Of a stretch of DNA of 64,000 nucleotides, positions 29,952 to 39,660 are shown one piece after another. The position numbers and the translations under genes were made by a program. Position 1 is the first letter of the stretch. Each line of letters opens with the position of its first letter. The DNA is taken from the IMG/VR virus record IMGVR_UViG_3300028833_000110, positions 1 to 64,000 of that record; one strand, given 5' to 3'. The stretch comes from a virus. Taxonomy: Duplodnaviria; Caudoviricetes. The notes beneath the pieces were generated by a model, which saw only the letters and a list, made by a program, of their open reading frames with translations, had not been told where the DNA came from and ran no database searches.

Positions 29952-32069
29952 ATGAAAAGTATATCACCAAAAATTCAGGCACAGTTTGATAAAATGTGTG
30001 CAACAGGTAAATTATTTCAAAGTAGTATCTCAGGGCATGAATTAGCGGATACATATTTGCTCGGTTTTATCTCGGATCCTGTTTTTAGAGATCCTGAGAG
30101 TTCTGTGCATAATTGTAATTCCTGCAAAAACTTCATACATCGCTATGGTACTATTTTGGCCATTGATTCTGACCTTAACATCATGACTTTGTTTGATATT
30201 CCTGATATTGATGAGGAATATAAAGAGTCATTTAGATTAATGTCAGAAGAGCTTAAAGAGGCTCCTATCAAGGGAGTCTTTGTTGAGACCTATGACAACC
30301 TCTCTCATGAATTATGTTATGAGAGGCCTATAAAGAAAGATCAAGAGAAATACTGGTTAGGACTTCAGAAGAATGTGAAGTGCTATACAGAAGAAGAGGC
30401 TAAGAAATTTGGTGTAGTAAAGCCAAATGAAATCAGAGAGTTTTATCATCTCTCGGTTCAGATTCCTCGACAGTTCATAGATTTCAGTGGAAGCAGTGTA
30501 GAAGCATTACGCGGAAGACACTATGACAACTTCACAGTCTTTCGTAGAACCATGGAAGAAATACCGATTGATACAGTTCTTCTAGTGAGGGACCTTATTA
30601 ACCAAGGATCTCTTCTCGACGGGGATGCACACCTTCATAAGGTTGAGGGTATTCTCCCTATGCTAACTGAATATCAGAAAGTACCGGTAGATAAGCGAGA
30701 AATCTGGTGTTGGGTAAAGTCTGTCGGATTTAAGTATGCCAAGTTTAAGAACGAGCTTATTGGTAAGTTATGTACTGAGTTGGCCGAAGGGAGGGAATTG
30801 AATGAAGCATGTCAAGACTGGAACTTTAGAGTTGATCCGGCTAATTATATGAAAGCCACTGCCCCGATCACTAAAAAACAGATTGAGGAGGCTAAGAAGT
30901 TTGTTGAAGAAAATGGTTATGAGGCATCTTTTTCTCGGAGATGTGCTACTATCGAGGACATCAAAGCTTCGGACATTCTTCACATCAACTCTGGAGATGG
31001 CGCTATTAAAAAAGTGTCTATTTTTGATGACGTGAAGCCAACCCACACTCGCCATAAAAGAAGCGAATTTGATAAGGTTGAGACAGTTGGAATAGAGAAG
31101 TTTATGTCTGATATTCTTCCGACTTGTACTTCGGTCGAGGTATTTCTTCTCAACCAGCACAAGAGAAATATGGTAACTCTTACAACTTCAGAGGATCCAG
31201 ATAGTAAACCAATTTTCAAGTGGCCGAACAATTACTCTTGGACATACGCCGGAAATCTCGCTGGCAAATCTCAAATTAAGGAGGCTGTAAAGGCTGCTGG
31301 TGGTGTCGTAGATGCCCCATTCCGCTTCTCGATAATGTGGAATGAGGATGGTAGGGATATTGTAGATCTTGACGCCCACTGTATAGAAGACGGGGGAGGA
31401 AAAAATCATTATGAGATCTATTTCGGAAACAAAACACGGCTTAGTCCACAAGGAGGAACTTTGGATGTAGATATGATTCGGCCGAAAACAAATGGAGTAG
31501 AAAATATCTACTATAAATCTATACCAACGAATGGGTCGTTTAAGTTCTTCATTCAGAATTATGACGGTGGGAAACATAAGGATTGCCGAGCAGAACTGTA
31601 TATAAATGGTAGTAGCTATAGTTACTACATTGACCATAAAATTGGCGATAACGAAACCATTGCCATTGTGACTATTAATGATGGTGTGGTGAACATAGAA
31701 CAATCTCGATATCTCACCGATAGTAACGAAATGAGCACTGAGATTTATGGTCTAGAGACGAATCAGTTCCACAAAGTAAATCTTATTTGCCTTTCTCCTA
31801 ATCATTGGGAAGGAAAGGTAGGAAATAAGCATTACTTCTTCATGTTGGAGGGTTGTAAGTCTCCGACACAAATACGAGGTTTTCATAACGAGAATTTGAT
31901 CCCGGAATTATTTGCTCACCGAAAAGTCATGGAGGTTTTAGCAAATACCACGATGGTAGAGTCAACAGATGGACAATTATCGGGCCTTGGGTTTGATGCC
32001 ACTGTTCGAGATGAGTTGATTGTGAGACTTAAAGGATCACACAGTAGAGTATTAAAGATTCAATTTTAA
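29952..32069 (+). CDS. Conserved phage protein with YfaP/DUF2135-like C-terminal domain
   Basis: SIMWN...DLDAH...GGTLDVD...VENIY motif; HNCNSC; higher GC than neighbours. Confidence 0.55.
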   Translation: MKSISPKIQAQFDKMCATGKLFQSSISGHELADTYLLGFISDPVFRDPESSVHNCNSCKNFIHRYGTILAIDSDLNIMTLFDIPDIDEEYKESFRLMSEELKEAPIKGVFVETYDNLSHELCYERPIKKDQEKYWLGLQKNVKCYTEEEAKKFGVVKPNEIREFYHLSVQIPRQFIDFSGSSVEALRGRHYDNFTVFRRTMEEIPIDTVLLVRDLINQGSLLDGDAHLHKVEGILPMLTEYQKVPVDKREIWCWVKSVGFKYAKFKNELIGKLCTELAEGRELNEACQDWNFRVDPANYMKATAPITKKQIEEAKKFVEENGYEASFSRRCATIEDIKASDILHINSGDGAIKKVSIFDDVKPTHTRHKRSEFDKVETVGIEKFMSDILPTCTSVEVFLLNQHKRNMVTLTTSEDPDSKPIFKWPNNYSWTYAGNLAGKSQIKEAVKAAGGVVDAPFRFSIMWNEDGRDIVDLDAHCIEDGGGKNHYEIYFGNKTRLSPQGGTLDVDMIRPKTNGVENIYYKSIPTNGSFKFFIQNYDGGKHKDCRAELYINGSSYSYYIDHKIGDNETIAIVTINDGVVNIEQSRYLTDSNEMSTEIYGLETNQFHKVNLICLSPNHWEGKVGNKHYFFMLEGCKSPTQIRGFHNENLIPELFAHRKVMEVLANTTMVESTDGQLSGLGFDATVRDELIVRLKGSHSRVLKIQF

Positions 32070-32085
32070 CCAAAAAAATAATATT

Positions 32086-32472
32086 ATGTACAAAAAAGCT
32101 GCACGTTTAAAATTAAGATTTGATACCCCTAAGGGTGCACTCTCAGTCGAACAACTCTTCGACTTGACTATGACAGAATTATCTTCCCTGATTAAGAAGA
32201 CTAATGCCATTGTAAAAAAAGAAAAGTCGGCTGCTGAGGATGACGACCTGGCATTCCTCGAAGGCAAGGATAATGTGGAATCCTTGAACTCCCTCAGATT
32301 TGGAATTCTGAAGGATATATATCTAACCAAGAAACAAGAGAGGGATGATGCCGCAATCGATCTGGACAAGAAGCAAAAAAGACAACGAATTGCAGAGATC
32401 ATTCAGAAGAAAGAGAATGAAGCATTAGAGAACCTGTCAATCGAAGAGCTTAAGAAAAAGCTAGAAGAATAA
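32086..32472 (+). CDS. Coiled-coil partner protein (A.RLKLRF...G.LSVEQLFDL)
   Basis: Directly follows the 705-aa gene; terminator at about 32491-32530. Confidence 0.55.
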   Translation: MYKKAARLKLRFDTPKGALSVEQLFDLTMTELSSLIKKTNAIVKKEKSAAEDDDLAFLEGKDNVESLNSLRFGILKDIYLTKKQERDDAAIDLDKKQKRQRIAEIIQKKENEALENLSIEELKKKLEE

Positions 32473-32871
32473 GGAGAGGTTCTTTAGACAATATTAGAGA
32501 GAAATTAAATCTCTCTAATATTTTTTTTTGCTCTTTTCCTTATATATGACGTTAATTAAAAATAAAACACTAAATAAAAGAAATTCATATGGAGGATATA
32601 CAGATATTAGAAAAATTAAAACGAATATATGAAAGTTCTGACACTTCTGTACGAAAGAAACTTGAAAAAGAATTTCCTAATTTTTTTTAGTGATAATAGG
32701 GAGTGGAGTATTAATGACGTAAGAACCTGGAAGTATATTATTAGTGATGTATTAACTTATGAGTCTGGTATTGGACAGTATCTTGATACATCTGAGGAAT
32801 TAGCTATTCTTCTTAAGAATAAGTGGTCCAAAAGAATTTCTACTAATAAGATTGTGTCTTAGGAAGCATTT

Positions 32872-33306
32872 ATGGAAAAATATTTTATAGCATATTCTAC
32901 CAATATTTGCATTAATTTTGAGGAATTACCTCTTATTGTAGGAGAGTTTAGTTCAATAAATGATGCTAAATCATTTATTGCTGACTGTGGTAGTAATATG
33001 ATGCGCAATCCGGCTATTTTTAGTACTCCTGATAATTTAATGGAGGAGGAATTAACTTGGGAGTATGTATATGCTCACTTATCCTGTGAAGATTTATGTA
33101 AAAGCTGTAGTCACTACTATCGTCGTGATGTGGCAGTATACTATGAAGCACACTGTGATATACTAGATAGAATGGGAAAATTGTTATCACAATCCGCTGT
33201 TCCATATCCTTGTTTAAAATGCCCATTTGATAGTTATATTCCGAAGACAAACTTGAAAGAAATAAAATATCAAGATAATTTTTTTGGAGGATCGTGGGTT
33301 TTTTAA
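32872..33306 (+). CDS. Cys-rich hypothetical protein
   Basis: Paralog of 34405..34773 (EDLCKSC..H...HC...PCLKCPFDSY). Confidence 0.6.
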   Translation: MEKYFIAYSTNICINFEELPLIVGEFSSINDAKSFIADCGSNMMRNPAIFSTPDNLMEEELTWEYVYAHLSCEDLCKSCSHYYRRDVAVYYEAHCDILDRMGKLLSQSAVPYPCLKCPFDSYIPKTNLKEIKYQDNFFGGSWVF

Positions 33307-33336
33307 TGAAAAACATAATTAATAAGATTTAATAAA

Positions 33337-33864
33337 ATGACAAAAGAAGAAAAATCATTATTAAATATTGTACTTCTAGAATTATTACCTTATAATACTA
33401 AGGTTGCAATAGATTTTAAAGAGTACCTAGAGTGGTTACCTAATGAACCATACAAAGAGAAACTAGAGTTTTGCCTTAAATACAAAGGAAAAACCATAGA
33501 AGATATATCAAAGGAGCCCCATATATTATATTCATATCCGTGTGAAGGGAGATTTGGAATGCTTTGGGGATATGAAAACGATGAATATGGGGTACCGGTA
33601 GAGTTTATTAGACCATACCTTCGTTCAGTATCTTCAATGACTGATAAAGAAATGTGCAAATTATTTGATATCCTTAAGATAGATAAAGACGGTAATGATG
33701 AAGATTGGATAAAAATAAATGATGCTTTAGGTATTGAGTTTTTCTTTCCTACTGGAAGATGGGTTGAGGATGTAATAGAGGCATATGATTACCTTAATTC
33801 AATTCATATTAACTATAGGGGCCTTAAACTAGCTTTAGAGGCTCCAAAAGATATGTATAAATAA
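33337..33864 (+). CDS. Hypothetical protein, PYLRP family
   Basis: LLPY...RPYLRSVSSMT...NYRGL.LALEAPKDMY. Confidence 0.6.
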   Translation: MTKEEKSLLNIVLLELLPYNTKVAIDFKEYLEWLPNEPYKEKLEFCLKYKGKTIEDISKEPHILYSYPCEGRFGMLWGYENDEYGVPVEFIRPYLRSVSSMTDKEMCKLFDILKIDKDGNDEDWIKINDALGIEFFFPTGRWVEDVIEAYDYLNSIHINYRGLKLALEAPKDMYK

Positions 33865-33868
33865 AAAA

Positions 33869-34315
33869 ATGATAGAAGAAAAGAAACAGGCCTTAATAAA
33901 AGTTCTTTATTCGGATTTACTAAATACTGACAATCACCTATTAGTTCGATGGGATTCTGAGGATTATAATATTATTGCAATTGGTTGTGGCCGAGTAAGT
34001 TTAGTTAAACCATTTATGTCGGGTACAAACGGTTCTCCACAGATTGAGGAGGTCAAACCTTACCTTCGACCACTATCATATATGACAGAGAAAGAGGAGG
34101 AGGAACTTGGTAAAAAATACAACTTTAATATTAATTCTGATAGTATTTCCATTAAGTATCATAGTGATGGGTGTTGGGATGATGATTGTCAACCTGGATT
34201 TGAAGATTACCGGTGGCTAGAAACCTGGTTAATTATTCATAAATTCGATTACTTGGGTTTAATTAAAGATGGATTGGCATTAGTGGCTAAAAAAGGAATG
34301 TATAAATTTAATTAA
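33869..34315 (+). CDS. Hypothetical protein, PYLRP family
   Basis: KPYLRPLSYMT...FDYLGLI..GLAL. Confidence 0.6.
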   Translation: MIEEKKQALIKVLYSDLLNTDNHLLVRWDSEDYNIIAIGCGRVSLVKPFMSGTNGSPQIEEVKPYLRPLSYMTEKEEEELGKKYNFNINSDSISIKYHSDGCWDDDCQPGFEDYRWLETWLIIHKFDYLGLIKDGLALVAKKGMYKFN

Positions 34316-34404
34316 TCCATGCAATTAGTTAGTATAGTTCTTATAATATTATTTATTGGAGGACTTTCTAGTTATTTTTATATAATTAATAAGATTAAGA
34401 AAAA

Positions 34405-34773
34405 ATGAAATATTTTATAGCATATAACAATGATGGTAAGGATTTTCAAGAATTACCTTGGATTGAGGGATCTTTTGACTCGGTAGATGATGTTAATTCA
34501 TTTTATATGTGTGACGGTAATAAGATGAACGATCCGGTTATTTTTAGTACCCCTGACATAATAGAGGAGCAAATAACATGGGATTATGTGCGTGAACATA
34601 TGCCTGAGGATTTATGCAAGAGCTGCATTCATTTTTGGGAGGATTTTCCAATGCCATTAGATCATTTTGAACCTCACTGTGAAATATTGGATAGAAAAGG
34701 GAAATTATTAACAAAGGATAACGTTCCTTTTCCATGTTTAAAATGTCCATTTGATAGTTATAAGAAAAATTAA
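34405..34773 (+). CDS. Cys-rich hypothetical protein
   Basis: Paralog of 32872. Confidence 0.6.
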   Translation: MKYFIAYNNDGKDFQELPWIEGSFDSVDDVNSFYMCDGNKMNDPVIFSTPDIIEEQITWDYVREHMPEDLCKSCIHFWEDFPMPLDHFEPHCEILDRKGKLLTKDNVPFPCLKCPFDSYKKN

Positions 34774-34778
34774 TTAAT

Positions 34779-35324
34779 ATGATTGTAGATATTAAGTTAC
34801 AAGAAAATGCCTTAGATAGACTTAGGCAAGTATATATAGAATGTTTTCCAGAAGAGACTAAAGAAGATAGGGAGAAGTATCTGAAGAATGCTGTACCTAT
34901 TCTTTATGACTACGATAGTGCCCGAGTTGATGAGGGAATTTTTAGTTCATCTCAGGATATACACTTCCCCGAGATTATCGAAGGACTCGAAAATAAAGAA
35001 CAAGTAGATTATGATGTCTTATTCTTTGATAATTGGTTGGAGGATAAAGAACCTTATGGTCTTGCAGATAACATTGAGCAAATAAAAGAATATTTATCTC
35101 CATACTATGAAGATAAAGAACATAATTATTTTATCAGTGTATATAGAATTGATTGGCACCCGGAGGAGAATAAGGGTAAGACTGGGGGATTTAGACCATA
35201 TAAGTGGGGACCTTATTTGGGAACCTATAATCAAATAAATGAATGTGAATACTATGATGATTGTGAGTTTCCGGAGGATTATCAAGGATATGTTATATGC
35301 TTTCATGTTTATATGATTAATTAA
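34779..35324 (+). CDS. Hypothetical phage protein
   Basis: YGLADN..Q...GGFR.YKWGPYLG motif. Confidence 0.55.
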   Translation: MIVDIKLQENALDRLRQVYIECFPEETKEDREKYLKNAVPILYDYDSARVDEGIFSSSQDIHFPEIIEGLENKEQVDYDVLFFDNWLEDKEPYGLADNIEQIKEYLSPYYEDKEHNYFISVYRIDWHPEENKGKTGGFRPYKWGPYLGTYNQINECEYYDDCEFPEDYQGYVICFHVYMIN

Positions 35325-35337
35325 TATAAAAAAAACA

Positions 35338-35784
35338 ATGGAACAAATAATTAATAATTTACTTGGTTGGACAACTTATAATAACGCAAAGAAATTAGTT
35401 GAAGCCGGTCTACCTAAAGAAACCGCTGATATGTGGTATGATTTAATGGACGGAGATGAGCCAGAGGAAAAAATAGCTTGGGTAGAAGTAGATAAGTGGG
35501 CAGTGGAAAATTATGAAATCTACCCGTGTTGGTCATTAGGTAGTTTAATTAAGTTATTACCAAATAAAATTCTTGAGAATGATGAACTTGATATAAGAAG
35601 CTATCTAGTGGAAGATGGGACTAGATTCTATCAAATAGCCTATAGTAAGAGAGGACATGATTCACTTAGTACGAGTGAGAGGGAATCGCTTATTGAAGTG
35701 TGTATAGAAATGATTCTTCATCTTTTAATTAACAAAATGTTAACTCAATTCCCCTCAAATCCTTATAATTGTGAAAAAAATTGA
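35338..35784 (+). CDS. Hypothetical protein
   Basis: TADMWY...PCWSLGSLIKLLP. Confidence 0.55.
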   Translation: MEQIINNLLGWTTYNNAKKLVEAGLPKETADMWYDLMDGDEPEEKIAWVEVDKWAVENYEIYPCWSLGSLIKLLPNKILENDELDIRSYLVEDGTRFYQIAYSKRGHDSLSTSERESLIEVCIEMILHLLINKMLTQFPSNPYNCEKN

Positions 35785-35816
35785 AACTAAATTAAATATT
35801 TAATTAGAAATAATAT

Positions 35817-35890
35817 CGCGGGGTGGACAGGAGAGGCTCCTGCTCGGTCTCATAAGCCGAATGACGCTGGTTCGAATCCAGCCCCCGCTA
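35817..35890 (+). tRNA. tRNA-Met(CAT), initiator-like
   Basis: cgcgggg acceptor with C1:U72 mismatch; tcggt-ct-CAT-aa-gccga; GTTCGAATC. Confidence 0.85.
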
Positions 35891-35907
35891 CTAATAAAAT
35901 AACAAAT

Positions 35908-36123
35908 ATGAAAAAATTGTTATTAATTTTAACGTTATTCGTTTGTTGTGGATGTAGTAGTAATACAGAACAACAGCAGAGTGAAAAAGTAATTGACATT
36001 TCCAACGACCAGCGGTTTGAGGTTGTCAGAATAGGCAATCATCAATATATCTTATATCGAACTGGATATAAGGGTGGAATATGTCACTATCAAGACTGTG
36101 ATTATTGTCATGGTCGACGTTAA
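35908..36123 (+). CDS. Small putative lipoprotein
   Basis: MKKLLLILTLFVCCGC signal peptide and lipobox. Confidence 0.55.
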   Translation: MKKLLLILTLFVCCGCSSNTEQQQSEKVIDISNDQRFEVVRIGNHQYILYRTGYKGGICHYQDCDYCHGRR

Positions 36124-36199
36124 AAAAAGTGCATCCCTCATCAATAGGGAAGGCAATCGAGGGTCCTATAGGCAAGATCTTATGGGTCCCTTGCTATTC

Positions 36200-36284
36200 G
36201 GAAAGATGGCAGAGCGGTTGAATGCGGCGCTCTTGAAAAGCGTTGACCTGCGAGGGTCCGGGGGTTCGAATCCCTCTCTTTCCG
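36200..36284 (+). tRNA. tRNA-Ser(TGA)
   Basis: ggaaaga/tctttcc acceptor; gcgct-ct-TGA-aa-agcgt; long variable arm. Confidence 0.92.
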
Positions 36285-36295
36285 CAAATATAAAT

Positions 36296-36369
36296 TGTTC
36301 TGTAGGCCAGTTGGATAGACCGTCAGATTTTGGTTCTGAATGTCGCTGGTTCGAGTCCAGCCAGAACAA
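36296..36369 (+). tRNA. tRNA-Gln(TTG)
   Basis: tgttctg/cagaaca acceptor; tcaga-tt-TTG-gt-tctga. Confidence 0.9.
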
Positions 36370-36376
36370 CAACTAT

Positions 36377-36459
36377 GACTATGTGCGCGAGTGGCTGAAA
36401 CGGGCGGTCTGCAAAACCGTTAGGGAAACCTCACGTTGGTTCGAATCCAACCATAGTCA
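36377..36459 (+). tRNA. tRNA with GCA (Cys) anticodon, class II body
   Basis: gactatg/catagtc acceptor; gcggt-ct-GCA-aa-accgt; long variable arm agggaaacct; A73. Confidence 0.8.
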
Positions 36460-36468
36460 CAGAAAGTT

Positions 36469-36594
36469 GGTGGCGTGAAGCAGATAGGATGTGCTACCAG
36501 AAGAATTAGTAGTCGTTTGAAGGTTGCTTGAGGATAAGTTTCAACCAAGACGAAAAGGATCTGGACTACGGTAGTTCGAATCTACCCACCACCA
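36469..36594 (+). ncRNA. tRNA-like RNA with 58-nt insert replacing the anticodon loop
   Basis: ggtggcg/caccacc acceptor, agca/tgct D-stem, ccaga/tctgg stem, ggtag-ttcgaat-ctacc T-arm. Confidence 0.7.
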
Positions 36595-36604
36595 CAACAA
36601 TTAT

Positions 36605-36678
36605 CGGGTATTAGCGAAGTTGGTATCGCGCTTGGTTTGGGACCAAGAGATCGCAGGTTCGAGTCTCTGCATACCCGA
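36605..36678 (+). tRNA. tRNA-Pro(TGG)
   Basis: cgggtat/atacccg acceptor; cttgg-tt-TGG-ga-ccaag; one extra base in the T-arm. Confidence 0.85.
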
Positions 36679-36859
36679 CAATCTTCAACAAATCATGTTT
36701 TTTGTTTTAATAAATCCTTTCATACTTTGGTCATAATTTGTTTGTATTTGGAAGGTTATTAAAGCATATGTACATTGTTTTCTTCAGACACTGGGATAGT
36801 CTTCGGGCTATTCTGGTGTTTTTTTTACCGTCTCAAAAACCCTTTAAAACTTTATATAT

Positions 36860-36956
36860 GACATAGTTTTCAAGAAACCGGCCCACACACCTAAACACTT
36901 GATAGCCCTGAGGTGTAGAAACCTGAGTAAAAAGGAGGGCCGGTTTATTTTTTTTT
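36860..36956 (+). ncRNA. Candidate small structured RNA
   Basis: Follows the TTTATATATG promoter core; aaaccggccc/gggccggttt closing stem; ends in a T-run. Confidence 0.4.
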
Positions 36957-37135
36957 CGTTCTAAAAGCATATTAAATCTCTATATATAGAGATTCATTCA
37001 TTATTTGGGTTTTTATGTTAATAATGAAAAGCGTCGTGATGACGCTTTTTTTATTATTTTTCTCTTCTAAACCCCTAAAATCCTTATATATGAAATAAAA
37101 AAAAATCATAACACAAATAGAAAAACTGATGAGAT

Positions 37136-37210
37136 GGTCCGTTCGTCTAGTTGGCCTAGGACGTAAGATTTTCATTCTTAAAATCGCGGGTTCGAATCCC
37201 GCACGGACTA
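37136..37210 (+). tRNA. tRNA-Glu(TTC)
   Basis: ggtccgt/acggact acceptor; taaga-tt-TTC-at-tctta. Confidence 0.9.
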
Positions 37211-37214
37211 CAAC

Positions 37215-37286
37215 GCTTTGGTAGCTCAAAGGCAGAGCGATTGACTGTTAATCAATAGGTTGGGATATCGTAATTCCCCCAAAGCG
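37215..37286 (+). tRNA. tRNA-Asn(GTT), atypical T-loop
   Basis: gctttgg/ccaaagc acceptor; attga-ct-GTT-aa-tcaat; T-loop ATCGTAA. Confidence 0.8.
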
Positions 37287-38402
37287 CAAGTAAAATAGAC
37301 TTAATCACTAGTTGTCTATTTTTTTTCTTTACTTCCTTATATATATGTTGAATAAAAATTATATTGTTTTTAAAGAAAAGGGCTCTAGTTTTGGTCAGAT
37401 AATCAACATCAAAGCTGGAAGACGTTATGTTTTAGTGAGAATTCCTAAAAAATATCTAACATCAAACGCTTTTAATTATATAGATAACGTGTTTTTGTTT
37501 TCGAATTTCGCAATGGTACCTTGGAATATATTACAAACATTAGAATTATATGTATCCAATGGTGATATGGTTAATTTAGCTCAATATTTAAAACAAACTT
37601 ACCTGTCTTTTAAAGAAGAGATAGGTTGGATTTACGTTAAGTGAATCCTCTTTTTTTTTCTTCGAGCAAAAAAAAATAAATAGAGCTCGTTATTACAACG
37701 GGCCCTTAGAGAGTGTATTATTGTTTAGGTATTTAATTTCGATCTCCTTAGGTTCAGATTTCCACGTTAATGATGCTAATCCTGGGAAATCTTTTCTGAG
37801 GGATCCAAGTTCCACACCAATCCAATACCCAAACTGTTCATCTCTTTTTGGTTTTTCTTTGAATATTGTTATGTCCTCTTCTGCTCTATCAACAGCTATC
37901 CAATATTTCATAGTTTTATTATTTTTATACCTGCGTTCTTTAATATATACTCTCTTTTAGCTTGCTGGAGAAGTTTTTTTGCCTTTTTCCAGTCTTTTGT
38001 TTTATAGATATTTTTGGAGTAGATTCCTCCTAATTCGACTATTTTTTCTTTAATAAGGTACTCTGATGTAGAGATATCTTTAATTAGGTATATACTAAAT
38101 TCAGCGTCTTGTCTAAGCCTTTTTAGAAGTTTTGCTTTCATTTTTTTACTATTTTTTTTACGACCTCTATTGATTCTTTTTTTAATTCTTCTAAATCGTC
38201 ATCTATCCCATAATCTTTTTTAAGATTAATACTAGTCCAGGATGCACAAATAAAATCTAAGTCCGTTTGATAGTCTCCAAAAAATCTAATAAGGGTAACA
38301 CTCCAAGGATCCTTATGTCTCCAACGTAGATAAATACAATAAGCTACGTTATCCTCTTTAAAATAGTAATAACATTGTGCAGGACAGTAATGAGCAATTT
38401 CG

Positions 38403-38915
38403 TCATACCATATATTGAGCTCTATTATTCCCGCCATTGTATAATAATTCAGATCTTATGACACCTAAACATTTTCCCAGAAGATTTTTTCCTTTCCAGT
38501 TTTTTGGGTCTTCAATTCCAGGACTATTTTCTTCAAGTCCAATCCCCCAGATTCTATCATATGGGCTAGCTTCTACAAATGTCTGTGAGGTGTTTGTGAG
38601 AATGTCTTTAAATTCAGGCCAACACTCTGCTTTCATTCTTAGGGCTACTAACATTAAATCCTCTCTAACTACTTCCCAACTTTTTTCATTAAATCCACTT
38701 ACTCTTCTTCCTATTTGTTTTGCTTCCTTAGGGGTTTTTGCATTCTCTATATCATTCATTGCAATTAAATCTCCAAAGACATGTGCTTTTAACCACATAA
38801 ATAAGTGTTCAGAGGTTGGGAATGTTTTCTTTTGATATTTTATTCCACCAGGAACATTGGCCCAATTACTTAAAATTCCTCCCCAGAAAAATAGATAATC
38901 TTTTGTTTTCTTCAT
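38403..38915 (-). CDS. NADAR (YbiA-like) family protein
   Basis: FPTSEHLFMWLKA...P.EAK.IGR...EASPYDRIWGIG...WKGKNLLG. Confidence 0.9.
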   Translation of the reverse strand: MKKTKDYLFFWGGILSNWANVPGGIKYQKKTFPTSEHLFMWLKAHVFGDLIAMNDIENAKTPKEAKQIGRRVSGFNEKSWEVVREDLMLVALRMKAECWPEFKDILTNTSQTFVEASPYDRIWGIGLEENSPGIEDPKNWKGKNLLGKCLGVIRSELLYNGGNNRAQYMV

Positions 38916-39385
38916 AATATTCTCCTATCTATTAACATTTCTTCAAGTCTTATCCAATCTACACAATAAGTATAGTAATTTCTAACTATTTCCCCATCGT
39001 AGTATCTTATATAGTCAATTTCGCTTTCTATTCTAGGAATTCCAACACTTATATCATCTATAAGTAAATCCCCATGTAGTTTTCTAGTTGTTCCTAGAAA
39101 TTGTTCTTCTCCATAATATCCATTAACTCCAGACAGTAATATATTTCGTTCTCTGTACCATCTTATAGCTTCTTCCAAGGAGGACTCATCTCTTAGTCTT
39201 CCTGGTTCATAGTAATTAAATGGATTATCTTGGGAATTATTTCTAGAAGTCCAAAGAACCAATTTATGACCATTTCTAATTAATCTATTTAGTACTTCGC
39301 AAACTCTAGGTGGATCTTCTAATGGACATCCGGGTTCTGGAAGTTGCCAATTACATGTTCCATCAAAATCTATAAGTATTATCAT
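38912..39385 (-). CDS. HAD-superfamily hydrolase (BT0820-like)
   Basis: IDFDGT...LWTSR...K...DLLIDD. Confidence 0.8.
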   Translation of the reverse strand: MIILIDFDGTCNWQLPEPGCPLEDPPRVCEVLNRLIRNGHKLVLWTSRNNSQDNPFNYYEPGRLRDESSLEEAIRWYRERNILLSGVNGYYGEEQFLGTTRKLHGDLLIDDISVGIPRIESEIDYIRYYDGEIVRNYYTYCVDWIRLEEMLIDRRIL

Positions 39386-39611
39386 AATTAATATTCAATT
39401 TATCTCCTGGTCTTAATTTATAAGTAAACATACCCTCATTTATCGAAATAATAGAATCAACTATAGAATATTCATAGACACTTTCCCAATAGTCTATTAA
39501 ATACCCGTTTTTGTCCACTATTTCGATATAATAATTTCTAGAACAAGATGATAGTAAGTTTATAATAATTAATATTACTAATGTTACTGTTAATTTAATA
39601 TGTTTCCTCAT
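39363..39611 (-). CDS. Small putative lipoprotein
   Basis: Hydrophobic N-terminus ending LLSSC. Confidence 0.5.
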   Translation of the reverse strand: MRKHIKLTVTLVILIIINLLSSCSRNYYIEIVDKNGYLIDYWESVYEYSIVDSIISINEGMFTYKLRPGDKLNINYDNTYRF

Positions 39612-39660
39612 AAAAACAGAATAATATAGAGTCCGGTTGTATTTAGGATATTAAAAGGTC

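Noticed and set aside
36469-36594. tmRNA or group I intron-containing tRNA
   Set aside because: Far too short for tmRNA, with no G3-U70 pair or tag ORF; the insert lacks P7 (GACUA/UAGUC).
35974-37229. ORFs 36074..36478 (+), 36166..36372 (-), 36972..37229 (-) and 35850..36038 (-)
   Set aside because: They overlap well-formed tRNA genes and are shadow ORFs.
29360-37300. Theta (HDV-like) ribozymes after tRNAs, or a hammerhead at 36875-36945
   Set aside because: No nested double pseudoknot visible after any tRNA, and no correctly ordered CUGANGA...GAAA core.
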